A stretch of DNA of 63,364 nucleotides, filler included, from Phoronis australis (Eukaryota > Animalia > Phoronida): NCBI GenBank assembly GCA_002633005.1. It is 12 parts of 12 records of this genome, joined end to end, with 100 filler letters (N's around TTAATTAATTAA, not from the genome) between each part and the next. Parts side by side here need not be neighbours in the genome. Positions count along the whole stretch, not along the records: positions 9,865 to 14,315 come from NMRA01002586.1; positions 14,416 to 18,046 come from NMRA01002931.1; positions 18,147 to 29,077 come from NMRA01000626.1; 9 more parts are not named here. One strand, written 5' to 3'. This document shows, one piece after another, positions 12,448 through 25,215 of the stretch. Position 1 is the stretch's first letter; each line of letters begins with the position of its first letter. The translations under genes and the position numbers were made by a program. A model generated the notes under the pieces. The model was not told the origin of the DNA and did not search any database. It worked only from the letters and a program-made list of their open reading frames with translations.

Positions 12448-12826
12448 AAATCCCGCCTTTTTGAGAAGTTATGGTTCTCTCGTTGGTCATTCTTTACTCA
12501 CGCTCTATCCCAATCTATTGACTACGTTGCACAAGCGTGACACAGCCACTAGAAAATGGCTCTTTGTCAACTGAACTATATACACCCTTTGACTAGATTT
12601 CAGGTAACACAAGTGTACTTATTAATATTACCTTCTAGGAGCTCGGCCGTAACTTTTGCTACTGAAACTCCATGTTACTACAGCGCCATTCATACATCAA
12701 CTATGCAACCCCGGGGGATACGCAAGTGGGAATTTTAGTACATTCTTTGGATAAAATATCTACTATCTTGGCAATAATTACGAAGAACTCTGTAACAGTT
12801 AGAACTTTCAACCTCCAATACTAGAA

Positions 12827-13575
12827 TTGTATGAATTAAGAAGTGCAACCTTTGCTAGGTACAGGGGTCTTAAGAATAGACTAGACAAAATCTGTTTACC
12901 AAATTTTCCAAGCTATATTTATAAAATTTTGCATAATAAATCACAAGCGGTAAATATTTATAACACCTTAGTACAGTCACTTCAGACAGCTTGTAAGTAT
13001 AAAAACAAGTGGTCATCTGAGATAGATATAAACATTGTTATAAATAATGTAAAATTTAGTGACCCTGATACGTGGTGGAGAAAAGTAGATAAACTTCCCT
13101 TCATTTGTACAAAAGATATAAAATTGCATTGGTTTCAATACCTCTTAATTCACAGAATATTGCCAACCACTAATTATTTGCATAAAATAAGAACAAACGA
13201 TTTATGCTCTTTCTGTGGTGAACACAGTGAAACTTTTCTCCATCTGTTTTGGGAATGTCATCTTGTCTCCGGTTTCTGGCTCCTGTTTGCTGAGTGGTTA
13301 AAACAAACATATCATGTAAATTTTCATGTGGACAAAATAACAGTGTTTTTGGGAAACGCTCAGTTGTAAAATTTTAACATTAATCTGTTGATCATAGTAG
13401 CAAAAAATTACATATTTATCCAAGCGTTTGTTAAAAAAGATCCCAATTTCCAAATGTTCGTAAACTTAATTAAGTTACATCCTGAAGAAAATACGGTACT
13501 TGTTGACTAGTGATTTAATGTTATTCTTTGTAAATGATCTATACTGTATTGTTTTATGCTAGAGCAAAATAAAAA
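12827..13575 (+). mobile_element. 3' end of an L1/Tx1-type LINE ORF2 (zf-RVT CCHC domain)
   Basis: KLHWFQYLLIHRILPTTNYLHKIRTNDLCSFCGEHSETFLHLFWEC. Downstream stop and AATAAAAA at about 13568. Confidence 0.85.
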
Positions 13576-14415
13576 TATTTAAGATAATCTTGGCATTAAT
13601 TATTGGGACTATAGAGCCCTACTTTTTTCATTGCGGCTGCGCCGCCTATGCCTTATAATCGAACCGGCCCGGCCTACAATGTTTCAGCCGTCAAGGCCAT
13701 GATTCAGCGAATTCCAGCCATATTCAGACAAATGAGTCCTTCAAATTCCTGGATTATTCTGATTTCAAGTTTGTCACCGGCACAACCAGGAAACAAGGAT
13801 CTCGTAACGGCTTCGTCCTCTGCCAGAGTGCCGGAGAGATCGCTAACTTTGCCGATTTCAAATTAAAGGCCTCCTTTATTGACCAGTGATCAATTCAGTG
13901 TCCATATGCTAACAGATTGCTTTCGACACATAACCTTTTTCGAGAAATTTGGGTCCCATGCATGTCACTTGGACCGACAGGGTGGTGGCCAGACTCGATT
14001 TCTCTGTCCGGCTGTCACGGTGACTGCAGACCCCGGCGAGAGACTCAGACTAGGTCAAAACTTATTGGGCCTGTCTGTGCCTCCCCATTCGAAATTCCAA
14101 TGTCAGAAAATTGCTACTAAAAACACAAACGCAAAGTGAATCCCTCTTAAGGATTTTTCCCAAAATGCGGTCCTATCGCCGGGCAGCGGACATGCCTGCA
14201 AATCATACCGACGGAAGAATACGCAGGTAGTTGTGTATATAAACAACCAGGCGCCGAACCTCAGGCTTCGGGTTGTCAAGGTGCGTGTATCTGATCACGT
14301 GATCCAAATCAAAGANNNNNNNNNNNNNNNNNNNNNNNNNNNNNNNNNNNNNNNNNNNNTTAATTAATTAANNNNNNNNNNNNNNNNNNNNNNNNNNNNN
14401 NNNNNNNNNNNNNNN

Positions 14416-14792
14416 CTGACAAGACCGCAATGGCTCACCTTTGGCCTATTTAAAAATTATTGCGAGCGCGGTAAAAGTTGGAGCGTGCGCAGTACAAAAA
14501 TTTTGATTTTACGATTTTGGGAACTGAAATAGGGACTGCTCGAAGAAAAAGTTTCATAACGGGAGTATTTGTTCGAGTTGGAAGAACTTAAACACATCGA
14601 CAACCTCCTAAGGTGTTCGTCTATGCGCAAAAGGTAGTTATAACAACGTGACTTTGATGGTTTAGTCGGTGCGAGGCATAATTCGCCGAAAAGCTTCCGG
14701 CGAACAGAGCGCCTATAGCCTCTACATCGCCTCTGTTCGGGCCAACAGAGGCGATGGTCATTGCCTACAGAGGCTCATGATTCACCGGAAGC
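14416..14792 (-). mobile_element. Partial copy of ~500-bp TIR element family D
   Basis: Reverse complement of about 40613-40986. Ends in a long hairpin. Confidence 0.85.
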
Positions 14793-14867
14793 ATATCTAC
14801 AACAAATCCATCTCGGTGAAACTCAGCTCAAATCTGTGCTGACGCTATTGACAAAATGGTGACCTGG

Positions 14868-15013
14868 TGTGCGTTCAGTAACGGGACCTACGCTAGGACC
14901 TAGCTAAAATCTAGTCAAAGTTACGTGTTCTCACTTAAAATACACGACCATATCTCACGTAATCTCACTAAGTCTTGCCTTTTAGCGAGGTCGCAGCGTT
15001 ACTGAAATGAAGG
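14868..15013. mobile_element. MITE family B
   Basis: Homologous to 8218-8367. CTGG on both flanks. Confidence 0.85.
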
Positions 15014-16080
15014 CTGGTCTCAGCAGCCTGGGGAGTAACGTGACAGCCAACATGTGTCATTGAACTAGTCAAAATAAACAAAGAAACGTTATAACAGGTA
15101 CAACAAATGAGCAGGTCAGACAAGGAAACTGTCAAACTCAGTCAAGGCGTCAAGCTAACGTCAACGACCTGTCGTTGTCCACCTTACGTTTGCAATCATG
15201 CAAAGGCTGGATTCCATAACGCTACTGTTTTGTATTTCTTATATCAAACATGGGCACAAAAGTTGCAAAACATCCTTTTCTCACCTTGCACTCATTGACC
15301 CAAAATAAAAGAAAACAGCAACGTATCAGCTGAAACTTTGTCCAACATGGATGTGTGCATTGGCAATAACAATATTTACTGTTGGGGACGAGATAAAAGA
15401 TAACGCTCATTATCAAATAATACCCTTACCTTTGGCCAGCAGTTGTGAGCTTTGCACACGTTCAAACGTGATATGTTGCATTACAAGCTAAAGTTGCAAA
15501 GACAAGTTGAAATTTACTGCTAACGTTTTATTGCCTTTGCACGATTGGAATCCAAAACAACGTCTTTCTGATTCATATCATTCATGCCTCACCAGGGACC
15601 TATTGATTCGTCTTTGCTTTGATGTGTGCAGCAACAGTGCTTCTTCTTCGTTTCAAGATGTTGAAAATAGTGTCGTTTAAAGCTGTCAGCATTGGTAAGA
15701 TGTTTATTTGATATGCACCTTATGTGTCGTGATGTGCCACTCCACCGTGAACTTAAGTCTCCTCTAGTAAGACTAAGAGGCTAAGACTTAGTAAGAGTAA
15801 GACGAAGCTCAGTCATAACTGTTCTAAGCGGCCGCGGGCAGTGTTCACCAGGTCCACACAGTAATTAGTTGTACCTGGTTAGTTGGGCAGTCCCAAACAA
15901 ACCCGAGAACAATGAATTATCCAGTTAGCCATTCAACTAGGAGACATGTGATGGTATACTACCCCAATCCAGCCTGTAAGCTGGGTGTAAATAATTGCAT
16001 GTGTCCTGAATTCTGGCTAATCTAAAGTCACGTTAGCCGTTTCTGTAATACTAGTATCACACGACATCTGGACTCACCAA

Positions 16081-16152
16081 TTGCACCTTAGTCGAATGGT
16101 TTGGACACAAGTTTGGCTATCGTTCGGGAGCTCAGTTCAAGTCCAAGTGCAA
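16081..16152 (+). pseudogene. Degenerate tRNA-like sequence or SINE head
   Basis: A-box-like TAGTCGAATGG, B-box-like GTTCAAGTCC, terminal TTGCAC/GTGCAA pairing, 72 nt. No clean anticodon arm. Confidence 0.35.
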
Positions 16153-17921
16153 ACTTGTGAATTTTTCAACAGTGTACCTTTTGAGAACTGGTGGACAAAC
16201 ACTCGTTCAATCAACATATTTTCTGAATAGCCATTGTTCTGTCAATGAAATTAGGCACTGATCATTTCTGTTTTGATTGCAATATCACTGTCCAATTGTC
16301 TATTCACGTAACTTTTTCCTTGATGATCGAAACTGCGATAATGATGGTTGTGCATTGTTGTTTGGGACACAATGGCTCGTTTTAACATCAAAGTTTAATA
16401 ACTCAAACGTGAAAGCGCGCGTGTGCCAAACATACAGAACCACTGTAGTTGGACTCAACACCTATTGGCAAATCCGTGCAAGTAGTGAATATAGCAAGTA
16501 AAATGTTTAACCACAACAAGGGCGACCTCTGTGACCATTGGAAATGAGCCAAACTCTAGCAAACTACACTTAATGATCTTCTAGAGTTCACTACTTGGCC
16601 GTCAGGGTTGCACCACTCGTACCTGGACAAAATTGCACCATTGCCGAATGAAGACACGTGTGAAAGAAATCGTAAAAATTTTGCTTTCCGTCAAAAATGA
16701 GTTTTGACTTAGACCATTTACAGTTATTAGACTCTGTGTTTTTTATCAAATGAGTCTGAAAAATACGCCTAACAGGTGATAAAATTGTTGAAGTGTCGAG
16801 CGACATCATTATGGTACATGTCAGGAAGAAACATACTATATTTATTTTGTGCATGCTCATAAGCTACCAAGATAAATGTCTACGTTTATTCCACTACTAA
16901 ACCACCAAGCATTGTTTTGTCCACGCTTCATAAAGAGAAGGTGCGAGATAAAAGGCATAAAACCTATGCCCATCATTACCTATCTTGGTAACTGTATTGG
17001 GTATTCTGCTGACTTTAGCCCATCATAAAGCTGGTTATATAATGTAGCTTTTTAACAGAAGGGGCAACATTTTATTCTGAAATTAGGGTTCATTTTTGAT
17101 TAGTTTTTAATTCATAGAGACAAAATCAAGCAAAACCATTGCATACAAGTTTTTAATTTCATTGTATTTCCAAAGCCATTTGAAATTGAAATTCTGTACT
17201 AATTTCATGCAGGTGTCGTCATTCTGTTTGGGTTTGTCGAATGCTTCGCTGAAGAAGGGGAAAACTTTAAACCTGGTGACAAGTTTGGTAAGCATCCCTA
17301 AAACCAGGTAAAAGCTGGCTGAGCCGGATTTTATCAATGCTGGATTTTATCAGTGATATGCACTGTTGAGATATCTTTCATGGAATACCTGTCATAATCA
17401 CCATTGCTTGTGTGTGTGCCATTTTTTAGCTTTGGACAATCACTACTGAGTGATGGCCTAACTAGCTTAATAGTTCACTTTATTGTTAAGGGGTTTAAGT
17501 TCGAAGTGGATCAATTTTTTGTGTTTTAACGATCAGGCAAAAGGAATTGTCAAAAATAAAAATATTCAAAAGCTGCAAACATTGTTGCGAATACTGACAA
17601 TGTCGCAATGATTCCAGTCCTTCATTTATTAATTGTTTAAGTGTTTCTGCATGGTTAAATTAAAATTTCCATTTCTTTATATGTTAATAATTTTCCGAAT
17701 TTGGCCAATTTTGGGATTTCAAATTTCAGAAATGGCTGATCAAATTCACAAGCAAAAAATACCTACTATGCTTTTTGCTTAGTTCTACAAAAATAAGTTT
17801 GATATTTGTTTTTAAAGTGTTCCACTTTTCAGAAAATAGATACATTTACATTCCAGAGGTCTGTATAAATAGGTAAATAAAACAACAAGAATGGATCAAC
17901 TGAAAATTTCGGATATAATTT

Positions 17922-18045
17922 TAATGTCCTTCGTCAACAGAAACAGAAATAAAGTAAAATCAAACACTATATGACATCTTAAATGTCAATTGTCATATAG
18001 TGTTTGATTTTAATTTATTTCTGTTTCTGTTGACAAAGGACATTA
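17922..18045. repeat. 55-bp inverted repeat at scaffold end
   Basis: Arms 17922-17976 and 17991-18045, 2 mismatches, 14-nt spacer. Confidence 0.9.
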
Positions 18046-20427
18046 TNNNNNNNNNNNNNNNNNNNNNNNNNNNNNNNNNNNNNNNNNNNNTTAATTAATT
18101 AANNNNNNNNNNNNNNNNNNNNNNNNNNNNNNNNNNNNNNNNNNNNTTTTTGGATTGACAACAAAACATTAGTTTATTCTGCAGGAGTTACAGCGGAAAG
18201 GAATCGTACATGTAGATCTAAAGTATTCCCACGAGTTTTAACTGCCCGGACAACATGTATGACGGGGCTTCAGCACCAAAGAGTGTATTATGAAAGTACG
18301 CCATTGCAGCAAGTCCATACATGACTGAGCATAAAAACCTTCAAACAAATTACTATCTCACGAAACTTGTGAAACTTGTTCATGAAGAATTAAGTTCTAC
18401 TCAGAACAACACGGTGACGTTCTATGAGCGATGCCTGAAAACTAGCTTGACGGCAAAAATAGTGTGGATTATGAACGAAGAAGAAATTCACCAGTCTGAT
18501 GAAGAACTACATTATAGAGGTTGTCTATACCGTATGCAACCAAGCACAACGCGAGGTTTATAGCAAACTTGTGAATACATTAACATGAACACACCATACA
18601 ATATTTCATATGTAACGGACACGTTCCAGAATGAAGGTCAGATGTATTCTCCTCAACTGAAACACATACAACATAATACCAACATATCAATAAAAGTATC
18701 TGGAGCAATTATTTGTATGCAACATCTGGATTGAAGAATTCACCAAGCTCGTCACAGCCCTGATGGTGACATGGTTGGACAGTGTGTGTATCCCACCACA
18801 CACAGTGTGAGACGCATTACACATGTAGAAATGTCAAATTCAGTGATAGTGTTAAAGACGGGCCACGTAATAACACTACCTCAGTTGCGTGCCGGTACCA
18901 CATGTACTGTATTCGTGAGCTTGGAAATGGATGGGGATGATGTGGCATCTACACAAGTCAAACTGACTTGATCATTGATGTAGCAGTCAAATGTTGAAAT
19001 GTACCGAGTGGTGAACGTCTTCCATACTTAAATGTAATTAGCATCGGGTACAAGCACTGGTGCTAGTTAATGAAAAAGTCAAGGAGTACACTAAATTCCC
19101 AAAATACAGCAGGAAGCACCTACTAAATGTACTTGGCATCAATTATGAAACAAAAATTGCTTGGAACCATAACTGCGATGTTTGGACATGTTGAAAGTTA
19201 CCACAGCTCCCCCTAGTAGAACAGCTCATCTGCATGTAATCTATAAAAAGTTTATTGAAGTAACAACCACCAGTACTGATCAATGGGCTGTGATTATTTT
19301 ATTCAAGAGTGAATACATTAAAGTAATTAATAAACATTAATTTAATAATTGATTCTTGCACCAATTCAGTTTCAGATTTGGTGGAAAAAATTGCCAATAA
19401 AAAAGAAAGAGAAATCACGGAATTGTGGAGTCTTAATTCTGCATAAATCTTAATTCGACATGAACCATGGTGAAACATGCACATTCCAAGGCAGGGAGGG
19501 ACAATTTAGCCAGATTTTGACAAAACGCTACATGTTCTAGTGAGAATGAAGCATTGTTATGTACGAAACCAATTTTGATAAATCACACACTGCTTTGCAG
19601 AACTGTCAATGTATAGTCTTTACACGGCAACCTTTGACTGAATAACATTAATTGAATGGCCATGCTCTTTCTTTTGCACTTTTTAGAGTGAATGCGATAT
19701 AGTTTAAAACATGTCATATTTGCAGTGTGACTTAACCGCGCAGATATTCATGCTCGTAAGGTCTGAAGTCTTCTTACAAATCATGCACAGCACTCTTTAA
19801 CTTGTCCGTTTTATCTCACCTTAAATCAACTTTAGAGCTCCTATCGCTTAAACATTGACCATTGAAAATACATTACCGCATTATCAAACTTTTAATCGAT
19901 GATATCACTTGAAACACTTGCACTGCGTCGCCGCGCTGGCGGAAGATATTGATAATATACCGGGACAGCACTTGCAACAGTACTTCGGCTTACAGCATTT
20001 AAACATCCTTCGTGATCTGTGACAAGTCACCTTGTGTTTCTTGATTTCAACACATGCGCATAATTTAACTTTTGGAAATGCAATTTTCAAAAAATACATT
20101 TAAAATGAATCGTACTGACATCAATTACATGACACATAAAAGAATTTAAAATTTTTTTTAAGGAATCATAATTTAAGGGCTATCTAGGACATTTTTGTTT
20201 TCCAGGTGTTTTTACCCAGTACTATGGTCATAACAACTCTTTATTTCCACAATAATGACATCAACACTCAACTATGCACAACTCATGAAATTTGGTATGA
20301 TTCTTGGTAATTTTCTTTTCTTCAGGAAACCAAAGAGGTGTCCCATTAAATAACTGAAAGACGCACATTGTGAAATCAATACAGAGCCCGGTTGAGAATT
20401 TTACATGTCTGACACGCTCTGAGATTG

Positions 20428-20770
20428 CGGAGTATTGGAACAGCGTGTAAAGCGTGTTATACGTGTAAAATATGGCATGTCAAACGTGTAAAACGTGACG
20501 CGTCGAACGTGTAAAAATAGCGTGTCAAACGTGTAAATTATAGGGTGTCAAACGTGTAAAAATGTGTAAAACGTGGCGTAAAGAACGTGGCAGAAAACGA
20601 GTCAAACGTGGCATATAGAACGTGGCAAAACGTGGCAAAGACCTGTAATTTTCGTTCCAATAGTCCACGGTTGACACGCTAGTTGTACTACATGTACGTG
20701 GCACTTTGCCCCGCTAGCGTGTAATACACTGTACGTGGCGCTTTTGCCACGCTAGCGTGTCAAATGTGGC
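20428..20770. repeat. ACGTG-rich array with short TIRs (MITE-like)
   Basis: More than ten AACGTGT/AACGTGG units between GGAGTATTGGAAC and GTTCCAATAGTCC. Confidence 0.6.
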
Positions 20771-23375
20771 ACTTATAACACATGTGTGGTTATGAATTTA
20801 TTAAAAAAGTCTAGATGAATGCATTTGAAAATTTTTCCAACATGATCAAAGAATGATCATTCAGTTATGATTATTTAACTTTTCAAAGTACAAAATGATA
20901 TTCTTTTGTCCTAGGAAGTGCGGTCTAGATCAACAAAAATTTGGTATAGCTAGTCTGCCAGATGTCCCGCGATCATCCTCGTCCAAAATATGAACAAATA
21001 AAATCTGAAGTATCGGTTCTGAATTATTGTGCCACCAGCGTTGAGGTATATTACATATGTATGCCCATGAAACCATTTTCCACAAAAATTCAGCGAAGTA
21101 CGGTCAAATCGACAAATGTTGTGGTACAGCACTTGCTAAAACTAATTTTTGAAACTTTATTGGAAATTTAGTAAGGAATGTAGAGTTGTGCAGGGAAGAG
21201 TGGGGACAAAATAACACCCAAACTTATGACCGTAAACGTTTAGGTTAACAGCCTCGATGCTTAAATTAGTGAGAGTTGGTGCTTAACTTGAGATGGGTGT
21301 TTAACTAGGGATAGATACTTAAATCAGAATTATAAGAAATTGAGTTTGAGTGCTAGTCCAAACAATTCGTGCAGAAATATTTTATATTAGTAAGCTGTAA
21401 TCATTGCACATGTACTTTAAAACAGCTTCTAAAGTTATATGGCATCTTTAATATTTTCACCAAAGGACCTTGACTATGCTAGCTTATTCAGGGCTCTTAG
21501 TCCTCAGAACTGGGGGTGAATACAGGCCCCATTCCCCTCTCATGCAAAATTCCCATCAGGTAAAAGTCCTCTCTGAAAGATCAGAAACTCCCTCATGATT
21601 TAAACCTCAAACAAACCGAAAAATATCCTATTCAAACTCACTGACTTTACACACATACTGGTTTCCGTTTACAGCAAATAGCAAAAACAAGAATGGCAGA
21701 ACCAGTTTTGCATTATATCATTTTCCCGTATTAAAAACGAAAAAGATAACTAAAAGAAAAATTCCGTACGTCTGCTGCTCAAAATTGCACAGAAAAAGTT
21801 CCTCAAGAGAATTGTTGAAAGTAATGCGGGGGAGAATAGAAACATAAAGGAAAGTGTGTTTTTAGCGATGAACTTGCTACGCGCTTCTTTGCAACCAGTT
21901 CAAACAGACCTTACAGTAACTAGCTGATGATGATTATTGACTGTGGTCAACAACACTGTCAGAACAACAGTTGGTCATTGCTCTTCTTGCCTTACTTCTA
22001 AGGTGGAAGATTAGGAATGCATGCTATATTTGAGGATTGATAACTAACTATATTATTACTGTTTTTACAGATTAAAACATTCTATAGTTACTGTCTTCAA
22101 TATTATGCCAGCAAACTGTGTTCTGTAATAAATGATTGTCTGTTTCGTACAAACATTGCTTAACTCATGTTGAAGGTGTTGGAATATTTGGTGGATAGAT
22201 TTGAAAGTTAATTCTGGGCGGAAGCAGAATTCCTCGTCAGACCATTCTATTTTCATGAAACAAAACGAAAAATAAGTAACAGGAAACTTGATAAGGTGTC
22301 TTAGTCATACTGTACTTAGACATTTGTCGCCCTAAAAGTTCTTAAGAGTAATTGATGCTGAAGGGAATATGGTTTGATTACCTTTGTCTTGTGATGTATA
22401 TCACGGTAACTTGTTCACAAGGATTAATAGGGAGCAAACATTAAAAGAGAATGCCACCCAAAAAAAAACTATTTTGTATCAACTTAGTTCGAGTAGTTCC
22501 ACTTCAGAACAGCAAATTTAGTGATTTACCTGACACCTGAAAGGAGACTGAGGTGTTGAAATTAACCATTGACGTCATAGGTTCGAACGCAGTTGGTTCA
22601 TCAATTGACCTTTCACAAGCTCCGCATCCTTGCGAAATGTTGACAAACAATGAATAAGTTTTACCCGGCAATGTGTTGTTAGTCGGATAAAATGGTGGCT
22701 TGGAAACGAAGTTATGCCAAGAATACTGCGTTCTGATTGGTCACATAAGCCGTCACTCAAAGACTTTGCGGTAGGTCAATTCACAACAGGCTTGCTGGTG
22801 CCAGCTTATCGCTTGAATTTCTCGTTTTACACCAAAAGATCATCAAAACATGATGTTAACTAAGTACAAATACATCGAGTTCTTAAACAGGGGTGTTCTT
22901 TTAATCTCTGTTACAAATTTATAGGTTTTTCTGAAGCTACCGTAGCCTACAAAGTTTGGTAGGCAAATTTGCAAAGGTCAATCTCCAAAATATCGGGACT
23001 TTTCGGTGATTAATTTAAATAATTTTCACGCAAAATACAGACAGGAGAACATTGCTGTTCGTTGTAGTCTTAGACTTGTCATTTTTTTCTGTTCTAAACT
23101 CAAAACATATTATATTTTGAAACTAAGCTTCCAGTTATGAAAAGACGGTACTAGTGAGCAAAAACTAATGTGCACTTGACTATTTTGATGAATTAGCCGC
23201 GAGACTGAAAGTCCACTTTTTCGTAGAGGACCGCAGTCAGGTTCCCCTTACACAGAACCGTAAGGGCAGAAGTTATTCAATAACACTGATTCGAATTACG
23301 TATATGTGTCTCTAATTAAGGATTCCCGTAACATCTGACTACAGAATAAAAAAGCGGGTTATATTTTCACATCAG

Positions 23376-24584
23376 GGCCCGGTCTCCAATCTCCGTACTC
23401 AGACTCATACTCATAATCGAGATTTCATACTCAAAATCGTGCTCACTGGAGTCGTACTCAAAAAAGCGTATCTAATGTCGTATTTCGAGTAGACTCCAAA
23501 CGTACTTAAATCTGACACTGATACTCGAGTTGCTATGGAACTCTTTATGATGTGAAATGAAAAATCACGCAAAGCCGCGCTGATTCATCGCTCCCTATTG
23601 GAATAGACTACTCGAAGAACTAGGCCTACATTATCGTCTGATGTCGCTACAACTACAAGAGTATGTCTATAACGTGGAATTCTGAGTGTTCTGTAACTGT
23701 TATTCATTTTTTAGTTTCAATAAATATTCTTATGCCATTACTTTGAAACATTTGGCAATTATCAAGCTTTACTTCCTGAGTTCCTCAGCCAGTCCCGAAA
23801 ATGTCTTAAGAAATATGTAACAGCTTATCACATCACATCTCTGTTGCTAATTTAGTCTTGACATAAAACCCATTGCTGTGTAGGCCTACGCTGATGTCAA
23901 ACTTTGATACTGTAGCTTTGCATTTTACCGAGATGTATCAAGTGAGGACATTTGGAACGTGAGTTAAAAACAATACTTGTGCAGGCACTCAGAGTTCACC
24001 AGTGGCAGTGAAAGGGACGAGACGTCTACTTAGAAATCGGCAAACAAAATCTGGAATTCCATTTGGAGATTGAGGAATTATAGGTGACTAAGTTATGATG
24101 AGAAATGTACCTGACAGGGAAGCAAACTTTTTTTAACTTCCCTCCCCTCCTCGTCTTTTGGAAACCCTACAAAACGTAGGCACACATACCGAAATAAGGG
24201 CAGCACAAACTTCTCACACGACTTTTCCCACAACTGCTTTCGACGCTTGTTATGACTCGCCGACAAGCGATTACAATGCGCCTGTTGCCAGGAATTGCAG
24301 AGGTAGAATGGCGGCCATAACATATAGTGATACGGCGGGTTAATAAGGTGAAGAACAAAGAAGATTTAAGATGAAAACTATTATCCCTGAACTGAANTCG
24401 AAATATAGATGAGATACACTTCAGTTCGAGTATACTCGAAAACTGAGTACGTGCTCGAAATTTCGAGTACAGATTTTTCGAGTATGACATTGAATACACC
24501 AAAGATGAGTATGAACTCGAGTTGAGTATGAAGTGTGAGTTTGAGCATGATTCGAGTATGAGTACGGAGATTGGAGACCGGGCC
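23376..24584. mobile_element. Non-autonomous PIF/Harbinger-like element, 1.2 kb
   Basis: Perfect 26-bp TIR GGCCCGGTCTCCAATCTCCGTACTCA, 3-bp TSD CAG, mirrored TACTC/GAGTA subterminal repeats. Confidence 0.85.
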
Positions 24585-24661
24585 CAGGTTTCTGTCAGCA
24601 AATAATAAATTAGCATGCGCTCACACGGTCTTTGTGCCTGATTAATTAGCTTTATTGCATC

Positions 24662-25215
24662 TAAAGCCGGTAATACCGCCGGTAGTCACATCGGAGGTAC
24701 GGTGCCACTTCGGTGCTTGTCATCAACCGCAGTGGTACCGTCATGATCGCCGTAGCACAGCGTAAAACTGTCAAAACCGCGGACTTTCGCGGTGGCACGG
24801 CGGAAACTTTGAATATGTTCATCACTTCCCAAGTGCCACCGCAGGTTCGGCCAATCCGCCGTGGGATCGCTACGACACTGCCATGACCCCAATGGCACCG
24901 TACAAAGACCGCAGTAGCACCTCCATCACCGCCATGAAATCGACGAATACATGGACGGGCAACCCTACAGCGATCCCGTGTCGGTTCTAATGCGGATCTG
25001 GTGGTGCTGTCACAGGGGCGCGGCGGGTATGGGGGTACCACTGCGGAGCCAGGTAGGAATTTTAGAAAAGTTGCCGATCTACTGCAGTGCTACTGTGCTC
25101 CTGCGGCGGTGACAGCGGTGTTATTCAGGTGCTTGCACGCCAATGGCGGTTCCTATGAGTTTGCACTGAAGTTCATGCAAGGTGCTATTGCGGGCCACTT
25201 TTGTAGTGTAAAAGC
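24662..25215. repeat. GC-rich probable non-autonomous DNA transposon fragment
   Basis: CACCG/ACCGC motifs on the left are mirrored by CGGTG/GCGGT on the right. The ORFs here are not protein-like. Confidence 0.4.

Noticed and set aside
13614-14315. GC-rich segment with three short ORFs
   Set aside because: No protein motif and no second copy in the window; probably an unclassified repeat.
18321-18971. Coding-like stretch with an FN3-like LRAGTTCTVFV motif
   Set aside because: Multiple stops and no clear exon boundaries; at most a decayed pseudogene.
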